This document shows, piece by piece, positions 1 to 14,021 of a stretch of 64,000 bases of DNA. The translations under genes and the position numbers were made by a program. Origin of the DNA: the human T2T-CHM13v2.0 reference genome, Homo sapiens; the NCBI RefSeq assembly GCF_009914755.1, contig NC_060927.1; one strand, given 5' to 3'. Positions within the stretch are counted from its first letter, which is position 1; every line of letters begins with the position of its first letter. The notes beneath the pieces are model-generated. The model worked only from the letters and a program-made list of their open reading frames with translations. It was not told the DNA's origin and made no database searches.

Positions 1-19
1 AAACTCTTAAAGCACTTAT

Positions 20-1115
20 ACCCTAGAACTTTTCTCTTCTCTTTTAGACCCACTTCATTACAGACCTCATTAATTTAAAATATCTCTATAGTCTGATAGC
101 TCTCAAATATTTACCCCAACCCTGGTTCTTTGGACTCACACATGCAAATGCCTTCTCTACTGCTACACTGGGATGCCTAAATAGAAATCCCTTACTCAAT
201 ACTGTTAAATTTTAGCATGAAATCCCTTCACAAAACTGCTACATCATCAGTCTTCCTATTCTTCGATAAAAAGAGCTCCATCTTCCAATGATTCAAGATA
301 AACATCTCCGAATCATCCTTGACTTGTTTCTTTCTCCTATATTCTGCAAAACATCCATTAAGCTACTGTATTAGGTCAAACTTCAAAAAATATTAAGAAT
401 TCAATTGCTCACATCTGTTCTACTGCTATCCCCTTAATCAAATCTCTTGCTTGGATTACAGCAATACCTGATCTCCTATTCGTTCTCCTTTTTTTCACTG
501 CCTTCTCCTTACAATTTATTCTCAATATAGCTTCCAGACTGTTCCTTATAAATGAAATTTGGATCAAGTGCTGATGTGCTTAAACCCCCAAATAATTTTC
601 ATTTTTTTCATTCACAGTAAAAGCCATGAAAAGCCTCATCCCTATAGATCCCCATGATTTGGACTTTGTTGCATCTTTGACCTTGTTTCATATGACTTAC
701 TTCTTTTCTCACTCCACTCTTGTTACACTGACCTTGGCTCTGCTGTTTGAACAAGTCAGTTATCCTTCCATTTATAGGCATTTGCATTTAATGTATCATC
801 TACCTGTAATTATCTGGCCTCAGATATAAGTCTGGTATGCTTTCTAACCTACTTCATTTCCTAAATGTCACCTTTTCATTGAGAACGAGCTCATAGTTCT
901 AATTAAAATTTTACCCCTTAGGCCTATTCTTTTCTTCACCCAGCTTTAAAATTCTTCGTGGAACTTATAAATTACTGCTATATGATACAATAACAAAAAC
1001 TGTTATCATTTACTGCCTTTCTTCTCCAAATTGAATTTATTTTTCAACCTCTGTTACTTCCATATCATTAAGCCTGAAACATAATAATGCTTAAATGACT
1101 TATTGGATTAATTAA
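20..1115 (+). mobile_element. LINE-2 (L2a-like) 3' portion, highly diverged
   Basis: Collinear L2 3' motifs: 'ctcttgcttggattacagcaata', 'cactgaccttggctctgctgtttgaaca', 'aaatgtcaccttttcattgag', ending in 'cctgaaacataataatgcttaaatga'. Boundaries approximate. Confidence 0.7.
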
Positions 1116-1164
1116 TAATTGCTATTTGTTAACAATGTATCCATTGTAAATATATTGTGAATAA

Positions 1165-2726
1165 TTATCATGCTTGCTGCTCTCTGAGCCTCCTGGATCT
1201 ATATTTTAGTGTCTGCCATTTACGTTGGAAAGTTCTTAGCCATTATTTCTTCAAATTTTTTTTTGCTTATTGTTCATTTCTTCTATGTAATTTCAGTTAC
1301 ACATAGATTGTACCTTATGAAACAGCATCACAGTTCTTGTATATTCTATTCCTTTTTTAAATTCATATTTCTCTATGCTTTCAGTTGGGGAAGTATCTAC
1401 TATTTACTTACACATCTTCAAGTTCACTGATTCTTTCCTTGGCCATGTCTAGTCTACTGGTAAGCAAATATGTTCTTCATTTCTTTCTCAGTGCTTTTAG
1501 TTGTAGTATCTTTTTAAAAATACTTTATTAGAGTTTCTCTCTGTTTGCATTACCTATCAATTATTATGTCTATTTTTTCCTTTTAGACCCCTTAACACCA
1601 TATTATAGTCATTTTAGAATTTCCTGATAATTCCAGTGCTTGCATTATATCTGAGTCTGGTTTTATGCTTGCTTCATCTGCTTAAAATCTATCTATCTAT
1701 CTATAGCCTTTTAGCACACCTTGTAACTTTTTGTTTGTAACTTTTTGTAGTTGCCTTGTAACTTTTTGTTGAAAGTTAGATGTGTTGTACCAGGTAATAG
1801 GAACTGAGGTGAATAGGCATTTAGTGTGAGGTTTGATATCATTCTGGCTAGGAGTTGGGCTGTGTTTAATGTTTGTTGTAGCAGTAGAGAGCAGAGGCTT
1901 CAAATTCTTCTTATGTTCTTGTTTTTATCATCCCCATGTTTGGAGGCTCCTGTAGGATCTCCTCCCAAGAGACAGTCTGTGTCTTACAGCTCTGTCAGCT
2001 GTAGTGCTGTTATACTGGAAAACTCTTGTAGTGGGAAGGTATGTAAAATAAAGTTTCTTTTATAGCTTTCTGATGAAATCTCAATCATTCAAGGGGCCTG
2101 TATCACAGGGCTGTGATTTTTACAAGTGTTTCTCCAGTAGTAGTGATTCCCTGTGTAACTTTACATGTTACAGAAATATTAAAGTATATGAATGTGAGGC
2201 ATGCCCTTCTTCATCTGGGATAAAGGTCTGGTAAAATCTTATTTCCTAGAGAATGGACCTTTATTTTGAATACTCTGGGCTTACTTCAAAGCAATTACAT
2301 TTTGTTTACCATCACAAGAGCCATGAAAGAATCTTCCTTGCATACTCACTATGAGAATATGATGAGTGTCAGAAAGTGAAATCCATGGAAGTTTGGGCTT
2401 CCCTTGAGAGTATTTTCCCCAGGATTTTTTCACTCTCAAGCTAGTCCATCTTCAGCCTCCAGAAATTCACCAAAATTACAGGTTTATAGATCCAGCGGCT
2501 TCTGTTCCAGGTAACCAAATATTGGCTGTGACCCTCTCAATGTGCCTCTCTCTGCAGATTTTGGGGGAGGAGAGTTGGAGGAAGAAATGTTTGCGCTGAA
2601 ATTTCAGTTCTCTGATAAATCCAAGAAAAGTCATTGATTTTCAGGTTTTCCAGCTTTCTGTTGTTGTAAGAATGGACATGACAACATCCAAGTTTTTTTT
2701 TTTCATGTTGGAATGGAAACCAGAAG
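1165..2726 (-). mobile_element. Old L1M 5' UTR/ORF1 region (L1MC/MD/ME-type 5' end)
   Basis: Antisense L1M ORF1-like text 'ttggaaagttcttagccattatttcttcaaat' and a typical old-L1 5' terminus 'ttcagttctctgataaatccaagaaaagtcattgattttcag...ggaaaccagaag'. Confidence 0.65.
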
Positions 2727-3150
2727 CAACACAATTGATCCTTATCACTTAATTACTACCTCTCTTTTCCACCTCATGGCCCAGTCAAGTCAATACATAA
2801 AATTAGTCATCTCAATGTTCTTGGTGAAAAATTATGTAATGACAAATGCATAATTGGAGATTATTTTATCTACCTTTAGCTAAAATAGCATTTAAAAGTT
2901 ATATCTATGTATTTTTGTATTTTTATTAGCGCTTGCCAAAAGTCTGGAGGTAATTCTAAATGAGCAGGGGAAAAAAGTGTCTTTTCTGAACTGAATAGGT
3001 CAATATTGTATGATATAGAAAGACCAGGAGATCATAGCCCATTTATTTATTATATTTTGAAATATTCATATACAATAATAATTTTTTTATTAAAGTCGCA
3101 ATCCATAGTCTCAAAATTGAGTAAATTTATACTTCCTATAAAAAGTTTTT

Positions 3151-3464
<314 letters not shown>

Positions 3465-3611
3465 TTATGAGTTTGATTAGTTGCTGAGGTCTTTCTCACA
3501 TCTGCTCACCCTTGAATCTGGGTTACCAGTGGAAGTGATTGTTTAGCCATAATACTGTATGAAATGTTCCCAAAGTGCTTTGAAAAGAAAATTTATTTTG
3601 TTGCCTTTAAA

Positions 3612-3708
3612 CCTGATTTAGAATCTTGGCCCCTGGCTTTTTGAGTAACTGCAAACAAATTTTGATTATACCTACACATTTTAATTTTCTGCACTAGTAG
3701 AAGGAATA
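3612..3708 (+). mobile_element. MIR, 5' part (interrupted by Tigger4)
   Basis: Degenerate match to the MIR core up to '...ttttctgcactagtagaaggaata' (consensus ...tttcctcatctgtaaaatggggata). Confidence 0.45.
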
Positions 3709-6177
3709 CAGGTTGAATAACTCTAATCAGAAAATCTGAAATTCAAAATGCATCAATGTCTGAAACTTTTTGAACACTGACATGGCACCACAAGTAGAAA
3801 TTTTCCACAGGTGACCTTCATATGATGGGTTATGTTCAAGACACAGGTGCACAACATATAGTTAATTCAGTGTCCCCAAGAGAAAAAGGGCCTTCCCGCC
3901 CCAGTTCATCTGTGATATATCTTTTCCATGCACACTCATATTCCCCCATGCTAGTATATCCACAAAGGGTAATAGAATGGCTTGTGTCCAGGCTGAATAA
4001 ACCAACAGCAGTTTCCTCACCATGCTCCACCTGGGACCAAGAACAATGTGCATTATTCTCTGTGGTTTTTGCTTATTCTCTGCTTTGTGGTTCAAAGATT
4101 TTACTGAAAAATGTCCAAAAAAGCCTGCAGATTCCCCTATGGATAACAGTGATAAGAAAAAAGTAAGCACTTAACATTTATCTGTAGCACAGAAAGTCAA
4201 CTTGGAGAAAATGGACAGCAATGTAAATGTAAAATGTCTTATGTAAGTGTAAGACGTTTGGAGTAAAATAAGATGGTTGAAATTACCACCACGTATCATC
4301 TGAAGAAACAGAAGGATAAACTGTTGAAGCACTATGCTGGAAGTGATTAACAGAAGTTAGTGAAAATTTTTTAAATAGTGTGTAAAACTAAAAATGAAGA
4401 TTCCATTATGTACTGAAAGAGTTGATCCATCAACATCACAAGTGAATATATGCTACTTAATGGTATGCTGATTATGAAACAAGCAAAGATCTATCATGAT
4501 GAACTGAAAATGGAAGGGAACTGTGAATATTCAACAGACTTGTCGTAGAAATGTAAGAAAACACCCATGACATTACATTTTTAAAGATTTGTGGTGACAA
4601 AGCATCGGCTGATTATGAAGCAGTGGAGAAGTTCTTTGATGAGTTTGCCAAGGTCATCGCTAATGAAAATAGGATGCCAGGACAAATCTATAATTTCAAT
4701 GCATGAAATGTCACTGTTTTGGCATTGTTGTCCCAGCAAGACACTCATGAGATAGCGCTTACAGGAATTAAGGATGTCAAGGACAGGATAAGTGTGCTGA
4801 GATGTGCTAATGCAGCAGACAGACATAAGTGTAAAGTTTTTGTGATAAGCAAAAGCTTGAGTCCTCACTTTTTTCAGAGGGAATTTCTTACCAGTTAATT
4901 ATTATGTTAACAAAAAGATATGGCTCATCAGGGACATCTTTTCCTGATTTGTCTCTTAAACATTTTGTCCCAACAGATCTTGCTCGCTGCAGGGAAGCTG
5001 GACTGGATGACAACTGCAAGATTTTCTTATTCCTTGACAACTGTTCTGCTCCTTCTCCAGCTGAAATTCTCATCAAAAATAATGTTTATGCCATGTACTT
5101 TTCCCTAAATGTGACTTCATTAATTCAGCATGTGACCAGAGTATCCTTAGGTAAATGAAGTGTAAATATAGAGATACTTTTTTGAACATCATGCTAGCAG
5201 CAGGGAACAGAGGCATGAGTATGGAAGTTTTTCAAAAGGAGTTTAGTATGAAGGATGTCATATATTCTGTTGCCAACTGTTGGAAAACAATGACTAAAGA
5301 CACAGTTGTGCATGCCTGGACCCAACATCTGGCCTACAACTATGTTCAGTGATTATGATGAACAAGGTGCTGGCTTTGAAGGATGTCAATTGTGTGATGG
5401 GCTTCTTGGAGGGCTACACCAGTGTTCATTCACAACAGAACAAGAAATCAGGTAAGTTTATAAAGTCAAAGAGACTTCTAAGAAAGAAAAAAGCACATTG
5501 TTGATTAGGCAGATGCCTCTAGGAGCAACATTTTTAAAAACCATCCAGTGGAATGCTTCCTCTTCCCTAGAGGACTCACTTCCTGGTCCTTCAACTGCCT
5601 GTGATGTTTCAACTAACCTAAAAAAAATGTTAACCAAAGCACAGCCTTTTAGGTGAAGACTGAAAGCCTGCTGTTGCTCGTTATTGCTATTGTTTAACAG
5701 CTGATATAGGTATTCTGTTGATGCTATTGTACTTAATTACCCTGAACACATTATTTTTCTTTCACTGTATTTACTATATTATAATATTTTTTCCTGTTAT
5801 GTACTTATGTGTGAATAAGTGTAAGAAAATGATTGTTTATCAGTAGCGTATAAATTCAGAGTCAGAAATAAGGGTGATGTCAAACAACTAGATTGTCTAC
5901 ATGGGGACCTTAGATTGTGACAACAACACCTTTGCTCTCTGATATCTCAGTTACACAATCTGTGTTTTATTAACAAAATTATTTGAAATATTGTGTAAAA
6001 TTTCATTGAGTCTATGTGTATAAGCTATATATGGAACACAAATGAATTTTGTATTTTTACTTGGGTTCTATCCCCAAGATATCTCATTATGTATATGCAA
6101 ATATTCCAAAATAAAAATAAATCTGAAATCCAAAACACCTCTAGTCCCAGTCATTTCAGATAAGGATACTAAATTTG
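3709..6177 (+). mobile_element. Tigger4 (Zombi) pogo/Tc1-mariner DNA transposon, essentially full length
   Basis: Left TIR CAGGTTGAATAACTCTAATCAGAAA; right TIR (reverse complement) CAAATTTAGTATCCTTATCTGAAA; TA TSDs at 3707-3708 and 6178-6179; internal transposase remnants on the + strand. Confidence 0.92.
4111..5600 (+). pseudogene. Decayed Tigger4 CENP-B/Jerky-like DDE transposase
   Basis: ATG at 4111. ORF pieces 4904-5158 (HFVP...CREAGLDDNCKIFLFLDNCSA...NVTSLIQ) and 5155-5352 (MKCKYRDTFLN...EFSMKDVIYSVANCWKTMTKDTVVHAW); CANAA..HKCK motif near 4803. Many stops and frameshifts. 3' end approximate. Confidence 0.88.
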
Positions 6178-6252
6178 TAGCAATATTTGCCTTACGTGTT
6201 GGTTGCGAGTAATGTCTGGTACACAGTAGGTGCTCGATACTATATGGTATTT
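6178..6252 (+). mobile_element. MIR, 3' part (continuation after Tigger4)
   Basis: 'atatttgccttacgtgttggttgcgag...tgtctggtacacagtaggtgctcgata' matches the MIR 3' end. Confidence 0.55.
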
Positions 6253-6325
6253 ATACAATTTTTCCTCTTGACGGCAGCACATGATGCTTATGTACATCTT
6301 AGCCAGCTGTGTTTTGGAGAGGTGG

Positions 6326-6370
6326 GTTTTGTTTTGTTTTGTTTTGTTTGTTTTGTTTTGTTTTGTTTTT
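6326..6370. repeat. (GTTTT)n pentanucleotide microsatellite
   Basis: Read directly from the sequence. Confidence 0.95.
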
Positions 6371-6870
6371 GTGGGGAGAAAAACTGTTTACTCTGTCTTG
6401 GCTTTAAAGAGGGTTTGCTGAAATTCCATAAATTTGACATTAATCTCGTATCCAGTTCCCAAATGTAATTTTATTAAATGATTCTGTTTCATCATTGAAT
6501 ACTAGGCTCAAGAGATAAAACAGAATTATAGAAAAGTCTACTCTTAAACAAAATTGTAAATTACTAGTTTACTATGACAAACCAAAATGGGTTACCCTAT
6601 AACTAAAGAAAAGTGTTCAAGGATGGAAAGTAAAGTCATAATCAGAAGGTTTATTGTTAATCTTAGAATAAATTTGAAAAGGTTGATTATGTCTCTATCT
6701 CTATTTCAGCTATAAATGTGGACTACCTTCCTAGATGCTCTAGCTCCTTGAGTAGAGCTTGGGAAAGCTTTTTATGTTACTCTTTTTCTTGACTCTAAGC
6801 TAACTAGCTACATTTAGAAAACTTATTTTGTTTTTCAAATATTGCTCACTAAAGTTTAGAGGATTATCTA

Positions 6871-7165
6871 TTTTTTTTCTTTTTTCAGATACAGGTCTCA
6901 CTCTGTTGCCCAGGCTGGAGTGCCCTAGTGTGATCATGGTCTTGACCTCCTGGGTTCAAGAAATCCTCCTGCCTCGGCCACCCGAGTAGCTAGGACTGCA
7001 GACCTGTGCCACCACAGCTGGCTAATTTTGTTTTATTTTTGGTAGAGATAGGGTCTTGCTATGTCACTGTGTTACCCAGGCTGGTCTAAAACTCCTGGTC
7101 TCAAGTAATCCTCCTGCCTCAGCCTACCAAAGTACCAAAAGTGGGAAGCCACCACTTGCAGCTGG
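6871..7165 (-). mobile_element. AluJ (Jo/Jr-like)
   Basis: Poly(T), then 'caggtctcactctgttgcccaggctggagtg', 'atcctcctgcctc' and 'gatagggtcttgctatg' (AluJ-type); degraded 5' end. Confidence 0.92.
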
Positions 7166-7862
7166 TTGTCATTTTTAAGTTCATTGTCATTTAGAGGAAA
7201 TACAAAGCTACAATATTGCAAATCATCACTTTAGGGTCAGTTATGCATACAAATGAGGAGCTTTTTTATCATATGCAGTTTAAAATAACTTCATAAGCAA
7301 TGCAAATCACAACTCCAATATCTAGAAATGAACCATGGACACGCTAGGTCTTCATTTGATTATGTGTACTTATGCATACTACAATGATTAATTTAAGAAA
7401 CTGGTCATTGGGAGACATGCTGGTACCAATAATTTAGGCAATGACTATTCTTTATAGAAAAGATTTTTTAAAAATTTAAATCCATTGTATATTATATATT
7501 ATTTCATGTTAAGCGTTGTTTCTGTGTATACATTTCAAGTGTGCAGTTTTGGTCCCTTACCCTCCTGTATTTACTCCCAATTCTTTCCAGGCACTCACTG
7601 TTTGATTCCATCCAATTAGTAGCCTCATAATTATTCCTGTTACCATTCTCTGGTCCTTAGCTTCACTCTCCTGCCTTCATTCAATCTTACATTAATCTTT
7701 CATAAGGGCAATTTTAATATCATCCTAATTAATTTATTTTACTCATTTTCATAATAATTTATTCACAAACTATTGGAGTCATCATCTTGAAACCCCAAAA
7801 TCTCCATTATTCATTTCAAGCTACCATTTGGCTGATTTGCAGCTCCAAGTAAGAACCATGCA

Positions 7863-8072
7863 TTTTCTTTTTTTTTTTTTTTTTACATTTTTTTTTATTA
7901 TTATATTTTAAGTTTTAGGTTACATGTGCACAACGTGCAGGTTTGTTACATATGTATACATGTGCCATGTTGGTGTGCTGCACCCATTAACTCGTCATTT
8001 AGCATTAGGTACATCTCCTAACGCTATCCCTCCCCACCCCACAACAGTCCCCGGTGTGTGATGTTCCCCTTC
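7863..8072 (-). mobile_element. Heavily 5'-truncated young L1PA (L1PA3-5-like), 3' UTR only
   Basis: Poly(T), then 'ttacatgtgcacaacgtgcaggtttgttacatatgtatacatgtgccatgttggtgtgctgcacccattaactcgtcatttagcattagg'. Confidence 0.93.
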
Positions 8073-8204
8073 CAATCATGTAACATTCTTCCGCCTAGTA
8101 TTCTTCCATTTTAATCTTAAATAATGTAAGGTCCAGTTCAAGTGTTACTTCCAAATACAAGCGTTCTCTGATTCTCAGGGAGACTTGTTTTCCACTGTCA
8201 TAGA

Positions 8205-8356
8205 GTGTAGTGATTTGACTGAACTTAGTCAATTTACTTAAACTCTTGACTTGAGTTCCTCTCTCTGAAGAAAAATTTGTAGTATATGCAGATATGTTAC
8301 AAAGTGTCCGAAACTTAGTAAGAACTATATAAGACTAGCTATTATTATTATTATTA
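8205..8356 (+). mobile_element. MIR fragment with (ATT)n tail, lying among L2-like fragments (about 7560-8500)
   Basis: 'cttagtcaatttacttaaactc...ttcctctctctgaa...acttagtaagaactatataagactagctattattatt'. Confidence 0.55.
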
Positions 8357-11269
8357 CTCTAACATAGTTTTGTTAATATGTATTTCCCGCTGAACTGAAA
8401 TATTCCTAACATCAGGGAAATCATATAAGAAATCTTTTTCATCTGCAAAACCAATCATAATACCTGCATTCATTCAGTAGGTGTCCATAAATATATGAAC
8501 ATTAATAAAGAAAAACATAATGGGCTAACACCTACTAAGAACTTACACAGGGAGGAACTTGGAGAAACCTGAGTGAAGGATTTCAATCAGTGACTTGGTT
8601 TCATACTTCAAAACTTGGAGAAATTGCTTAAAGGAAGAGGAAGTGCTGAAAGGAGGACTGTGATTTTGAATATGGACTCAGTATAATCGGATGAATTCAC
8701 ATTGGGTACTGCACAGTCTAGCTATCACCAAAAGAATTGCTCTTGCTAAGGAAGTAAACCCTCGAGTTCTCCTTTGTGCAGTTCAATGCCACACTTATGT
8801 TCAATGCTTACTATAATGGTAGCATTGTTGATAGACAGTTAATGGAATATACTAGAATTATTGTTGGCAAAATCTCTCAAGTCTTTTTCCCATTGGTCAA
8901 ATAGAATTCTCAGGATCTGAGTAGAAAGCACATGGGAGAAGCATAGACTAACAGTAATAATATATTGACTTAATGTAACTAATCTATTCAGCCTGTTTTG
9001 CCTTAAAGCCAAATGATTATGGTGTCGAGGAAATCCATGGTGTAGAGGAAATCCACTAGAGTAATGGGTCTTAGTAGTTAGAAAGTAACTTTCAGTTAAG
9101 GAAGGCCTGTATGTACCTGTAGCTTCAGCATAATACAAAACACAGATTTTGAGAGCAGAAGAAAGGAAAATTAGGAGAGAAAATCAGCGAGGTAACATGA
9201 TTTCATATTTTTGTCACAGAAATACAGAATTCTGTAGGTCATTTAAAACAAGCAGAATGTATAATTGTATGGCAACTAGACAGCATAGAAAATCAAGGAA
9301 ATAGGCAGAAACAAGGAACAAGTGTCCTAAACACAATGCTCATTTAAAAGTAAATAATAATTATTAAATCCTAGGTCTCTAATGTAACAGTAATGTAATC
9401 GAAATATCCTATATAGGTTGCACTACAACCAATGTATAACCGAATATTTCCAGAAGACAATGAGAGTGCCAAAAGCTGTCCATTTCAAATAGATCTTTTA
9501 GCATACACCTTGAATAGCCTTTATTTTCCTAGGTGACTTTGAAACTGGGCTTGCATTTGCTTATAAAAACATTTTTTAAAGCTTTAAAAGCCAAATACTT
9601 TATTGTTCCTATTTTGTCATCATTATCATCTGCCAAGCACCAGTGACTTCCAATCTTTCTTCCACACCCCTTTCTAGTACTCCATCTAAAGTTTTAAACT
9701 TTTTCTAAAAATTCAAGCTATCTCATTTGAACAAATCATTTTTCTTTCTGTTCTCTCATTTAAAAACAAGATGAAATGGTGAGAAGGTCACAGGCTTTAT
9801 AATAAGAGAGAAATAGCTTTGAATCCTTAACTACATACTGTTATTTAATGTATTATTCTAGTTCTATGATATTCTGTTTTTCGGGTGTAGGTACAAAAAA
9901 CCCTCAATCCCCAATTTCACCCAGTGTTTCAAAGATATAATTAGATCCTTTATGTATTCAAACTGCAGAAAATTCAGGCCTCTCTCCCTCTTCAGGATAT
10001 TACTTCTTTATTTGGCGAAAGTCATCCAGGTGTTTATCTAAATGACAAATGCCATTTATTTCTGTCTCATTATTTGAGCCAGATTTTTGAAAAACCACTC
10101 CTGAAAATTTGCAAGTTCGTAACTACTTCTGGAAGTAGGTGGCTTCGAGTATCACGCTGCATTGCTTGATATAGTCACAAAGCTGGAGGTATCCAGAATG
10201 TTCACTATCTAGAGAAATTCTTCCCAAGTGCTGCCATTGTCATTACTCTAGTGGAATGAGGTCATCCAGAATGCTCCTGCCCAAGAGCCAGCACTGGTTG
10301 CGTCTGCTATAACATAGGAGTGAGAACTTAGCTCTGCCCCTTTTCTGTTGGTAGACTCCTCAACTACAAACAAATTCTTTATGCTGCTGTGGCTGTTACA
10401 AAAGGCAATAATGCTGAAAATGGGGTATTTAGATGAGATTTTTCATTTTACACTGATGGTTTTGAGCAATGAATAAGTTGCCTTCACTGTTATCAGTTTC
10501 CTATACAGACCTCATTATAGCTCAAAATAAATAAGTGTTCCATAATAAAATTTACTTAGACTTTCAGAGTTTTAATTCTTTGTCCTCACTTTGAATTATT
10601 TCCCCAAAGCATATTCCTACTCAGAGAAGAGGCTGCTCAGGCAAAGCTTGGAGGTCTGCTTAATTTCCGAGTGAATTTGTCTGGTGGTCATTTGGTTTCA
10701 CATATATAGTTTTGTTCCACTGCCTTTGCCCTAACTGAAAGGTTTCTATAACTATAAATTTCAGAAAGTAATGATTATATACTAAGACCATTCCTGCTCA
10801 TAGATTACTTGCAGGTTTTACAGAAATTTTATTATTTTTCTCCAAAAAGCTTGACAATTTGTATGCTTAAAGTTTCTTGAAAATTTTTTGCTTCATCAAC
10901 AATCTTTCTAATTATCATCTTTAGATTTTTCATCATCACCTTCATCAATAGCAGCCACAGTAGCAGCTCTCAACTATGTCCGCAAGTGGCTAAAATGGAT
11001 ATGTTTATGATCGCTTTTAACTCTAACAGTCTACAAACTTTGTTCAAGACTTCAGTATTATTATATTCATCAAAGAATGGACTTTCTAATATGAAATTAC
11101 TATTTCCTAATTAAAGAATATTTTAAAGAATAAAAATGAATTAAATAGTAATAATTACTAATGAATCATAAATTATTTTATTTTTTACCTGTGTTTTAAT
11201 TCATTTAACATTCACTTTTAATGCATGCTTTCAATATTATTTCCCTTCTAATTGTTTCATTTATAGAGT

Positions 11270-11383
11270 TTTCTTAATTTTTATTTTTAGTTCTGGGTAC
11301 ACGTGTAGGATGTGCAAGTTTCTTACATAGGTAAACATGTGCCATCATGGTTTGCCTCCACCTGTCAACCCATCACCTAGGTA
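11270..11383 (-). mobile_element. Very short L1PA 3' end (L1PA8-10-like)
   Basis: 'ttctgggtacacgtgtaggatgtgcaagtttcttacataggtaaacatgtgcc...acccatcacctaggta'. Confidence 0.85.
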
Positions 11384-14021
11384 GTGGTTTATTCTTTATA
11401 GTAGTCATGGTTCAACAACTCATATTTTGATATAATAATAATATTATGCCAATAAATAAGATATAAGGCCTTTTACTCATGTAGCAGAGTACCATACCGA
11501 TCTGTTACGTGTATATGTGTATGTGTATGTAAAGGGGATAAAATTTTGTATAAACTTCCTGTGCATTTTAAAAATTATTTTAGTAATCATTATTCAAGAT
11601 TTTAAAATGTTTCTTTTTGTTGATCTTGTATAATTTCTAGAACAAAATAGTTTTTCCCCCAATATGTCACTGGTGACTAATCATTTCAAGTGCTCTAATG
11701 TAATAGACAATGGAATTACTTAGAAGCATAAAGAATAAATGTTTGGGGTTTCTGGCTTTTATTTTCTCTTCACACCAAATGGCTTTTGGAAGTCAAGACC
11801 TTTAAAACTAAATGAAAATATTCTGTTAGAACAAAATATGATAGTAACCTGTTTCTCCTTCTAACAATATAATGTATATAAAAAGACACTATCAACTGTC
11901 ATTTTATGATACAAAACTATAAAAAAAATTGTAGGTAAGCCATCTATAAATGCTAACATGGCAGGAAATTCAAACAGTTTTCTCTCTACAAATATTTTAG
12001 TTCATTTCTTGTATTTAAAAATACCTAGTCTTGCATAAATACACCTTGTGCATATCACAAAATTAACTTATATTGGTTGCGATTTATCTAATTGTGTGAA
12101 AGAAAGCTCTGCTTTTAAGTGAGGCTTTCCATTTTAGAGAGGACACATATGAATTTTGGAAAAACACTAAATACACTAAATTGTACCTGTGCACATTTTA
12201 CAAAACAAAGGAGATGCATTCTGTAATGAGTAAATGTGTGCTCCAGCTGCTATGAAAATATGAGGAAGAAAAATTCTTGTGATTTTTTTCGTATCGATGT
12301 ATAGTGTAAATAATTCATTCTCAATATGCAGAAATGCTTCAGTCCCATAAACAGTGTCATTTTTCTGGGTTAAGTGTTTTAAAAGAAGAATATACATTCT
12401 ATTTTATTTTTGAAGTCTTGTTTAGATTTCTGAAATCCCCTCTCATAAGCTCAGTAATACACAGTAAGAGGAAACAGTAAGAAAGTAAACTTCTCACGAA
12501 AGCACTTAAATTTTGATACATGAATTTTTTTAAGATTCCAGAGTTTTTGAGAATATGATTAAAAATCTATGAACATCTCTACAAAAAAAATGCACTTAAT
12601 TCCACAAGTTTAATATTCTACATGTTTGACTGAAGTATACATAGTGTTTATTTATTTGGGTGAAACATATATTTTAAACACACATTATCTCCCACAATAA
12701 TTTTATTGTGTGAAAAGTCAAGGTCAAGTATCTGAAAATGAATTAAAAAGAATATAAGTTTGGCAAAAAAGTCTTTTTTTTCCAATGTTAATTCAACTTG
12801 AAGACTACTTTGGATATGAATTGAAAACTAGAATGCTCAAGGAGATCTTTGACATGTAAATACACATAATATATTTCACATGTAATTAATTTTTAACATT
12901 TTTAGTAATACTTTAAATTCACATTAGGAGTATAAATTATATCAAAGTTCCCAAATCACCATATGACAGTTGTCATAGGAATGGCCTATAATGATAAAGA
13001 CAAGATTTTTCCAAAGCTAAGTTAAATTCATATAACTTTGCTTCATTTTGCTTGTGTAGATTAAATTATCTTTAGGAAAATATGCATTACTGACCCTGAT
13101 TATGTCAGCAAGGAAAGGATTTTCAAACAACATTTAAATAATGCCATATGTAGAAACCTATTCATTTCTCATTGTTTCCAAGACTGTGCAGTTATTCTTG
13201 CAAATAAATTGACCAGAATTCCTTATTCCTAACTCATTGCTCCAGAAATGATTCTTCTATCGGTGTTACATCTACATTCAGATTCTTTTGCCAAAATCAT
13301 GACTTGGCTAAAGAATACAGAGTTTTTAAACCATGTCAGAAACAGTCATTGCAAGACTCTTAGTTAAAAGCTTTGTCTCATTGATGTCTTAAAAATACCT
13401 GAAAATTAAACAAAGTTATAAATATCTTTGTTTTCAAATGATGTGTGATTCTTTTGTTGTTCAAAAACAAAACTCTTTATAATATAATCAAATAAATCAA
13501 AACCAAAGATCTAGAAAGCCAGTACATATATAGGTTTTATGGAATAATAGTCCAGTTAGCCTCCATTTCATGACAAATGTTCTTGAAAAAGCAGTGATGA
13601 TTTTGAAATTATGGAAAAGGAGATGAAATAAGTAAAAATGCAAGATTTTGTTGAGAATTTTTGTATTATTTTGTTGTCAACCCCAATTTAGAAAGCATTG
13701 CAATATTATGGCATAGGAAGCTCCTTTCAATACCAAAGGGGGAAAATAAAATGTATCTATTGTCCAAAATAAAAAAAAAGTCTCCCCCCTGCAGAGAAAC
13801 CCAGGGTATTTTATTCTATATTTTTTGTTTGTTTTACTAACAGGTAAACTTTATTTCTTGTCGCCATTTCAAAGATTTTAAGTTGCTAAATTTTTAAAAA
13901 ATCCTAAAACCACCAAGCGATCTATCTTTTCTGTGTTACAAACAGAACAGCTCAGAAAATTGTAAACAACAAATTGAATTAAATCAAGAAATAATGAAAA
14001 AGTTAAAATGTGATTACTGGT

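Noticed and set aside
4111-5600. Domesticated TIGD/JRK-like gene
   Set aside because: Multiple stops and frameshifts; TIRs and TA TSDs are still present, so it is a decaying transposon copy.
10040-10740. Slightly GC-richer unique patches as possible exons or enhancers
   Set aside because: No convincing paired splice sites or ORF; cannot be supported without conservation or expression data.
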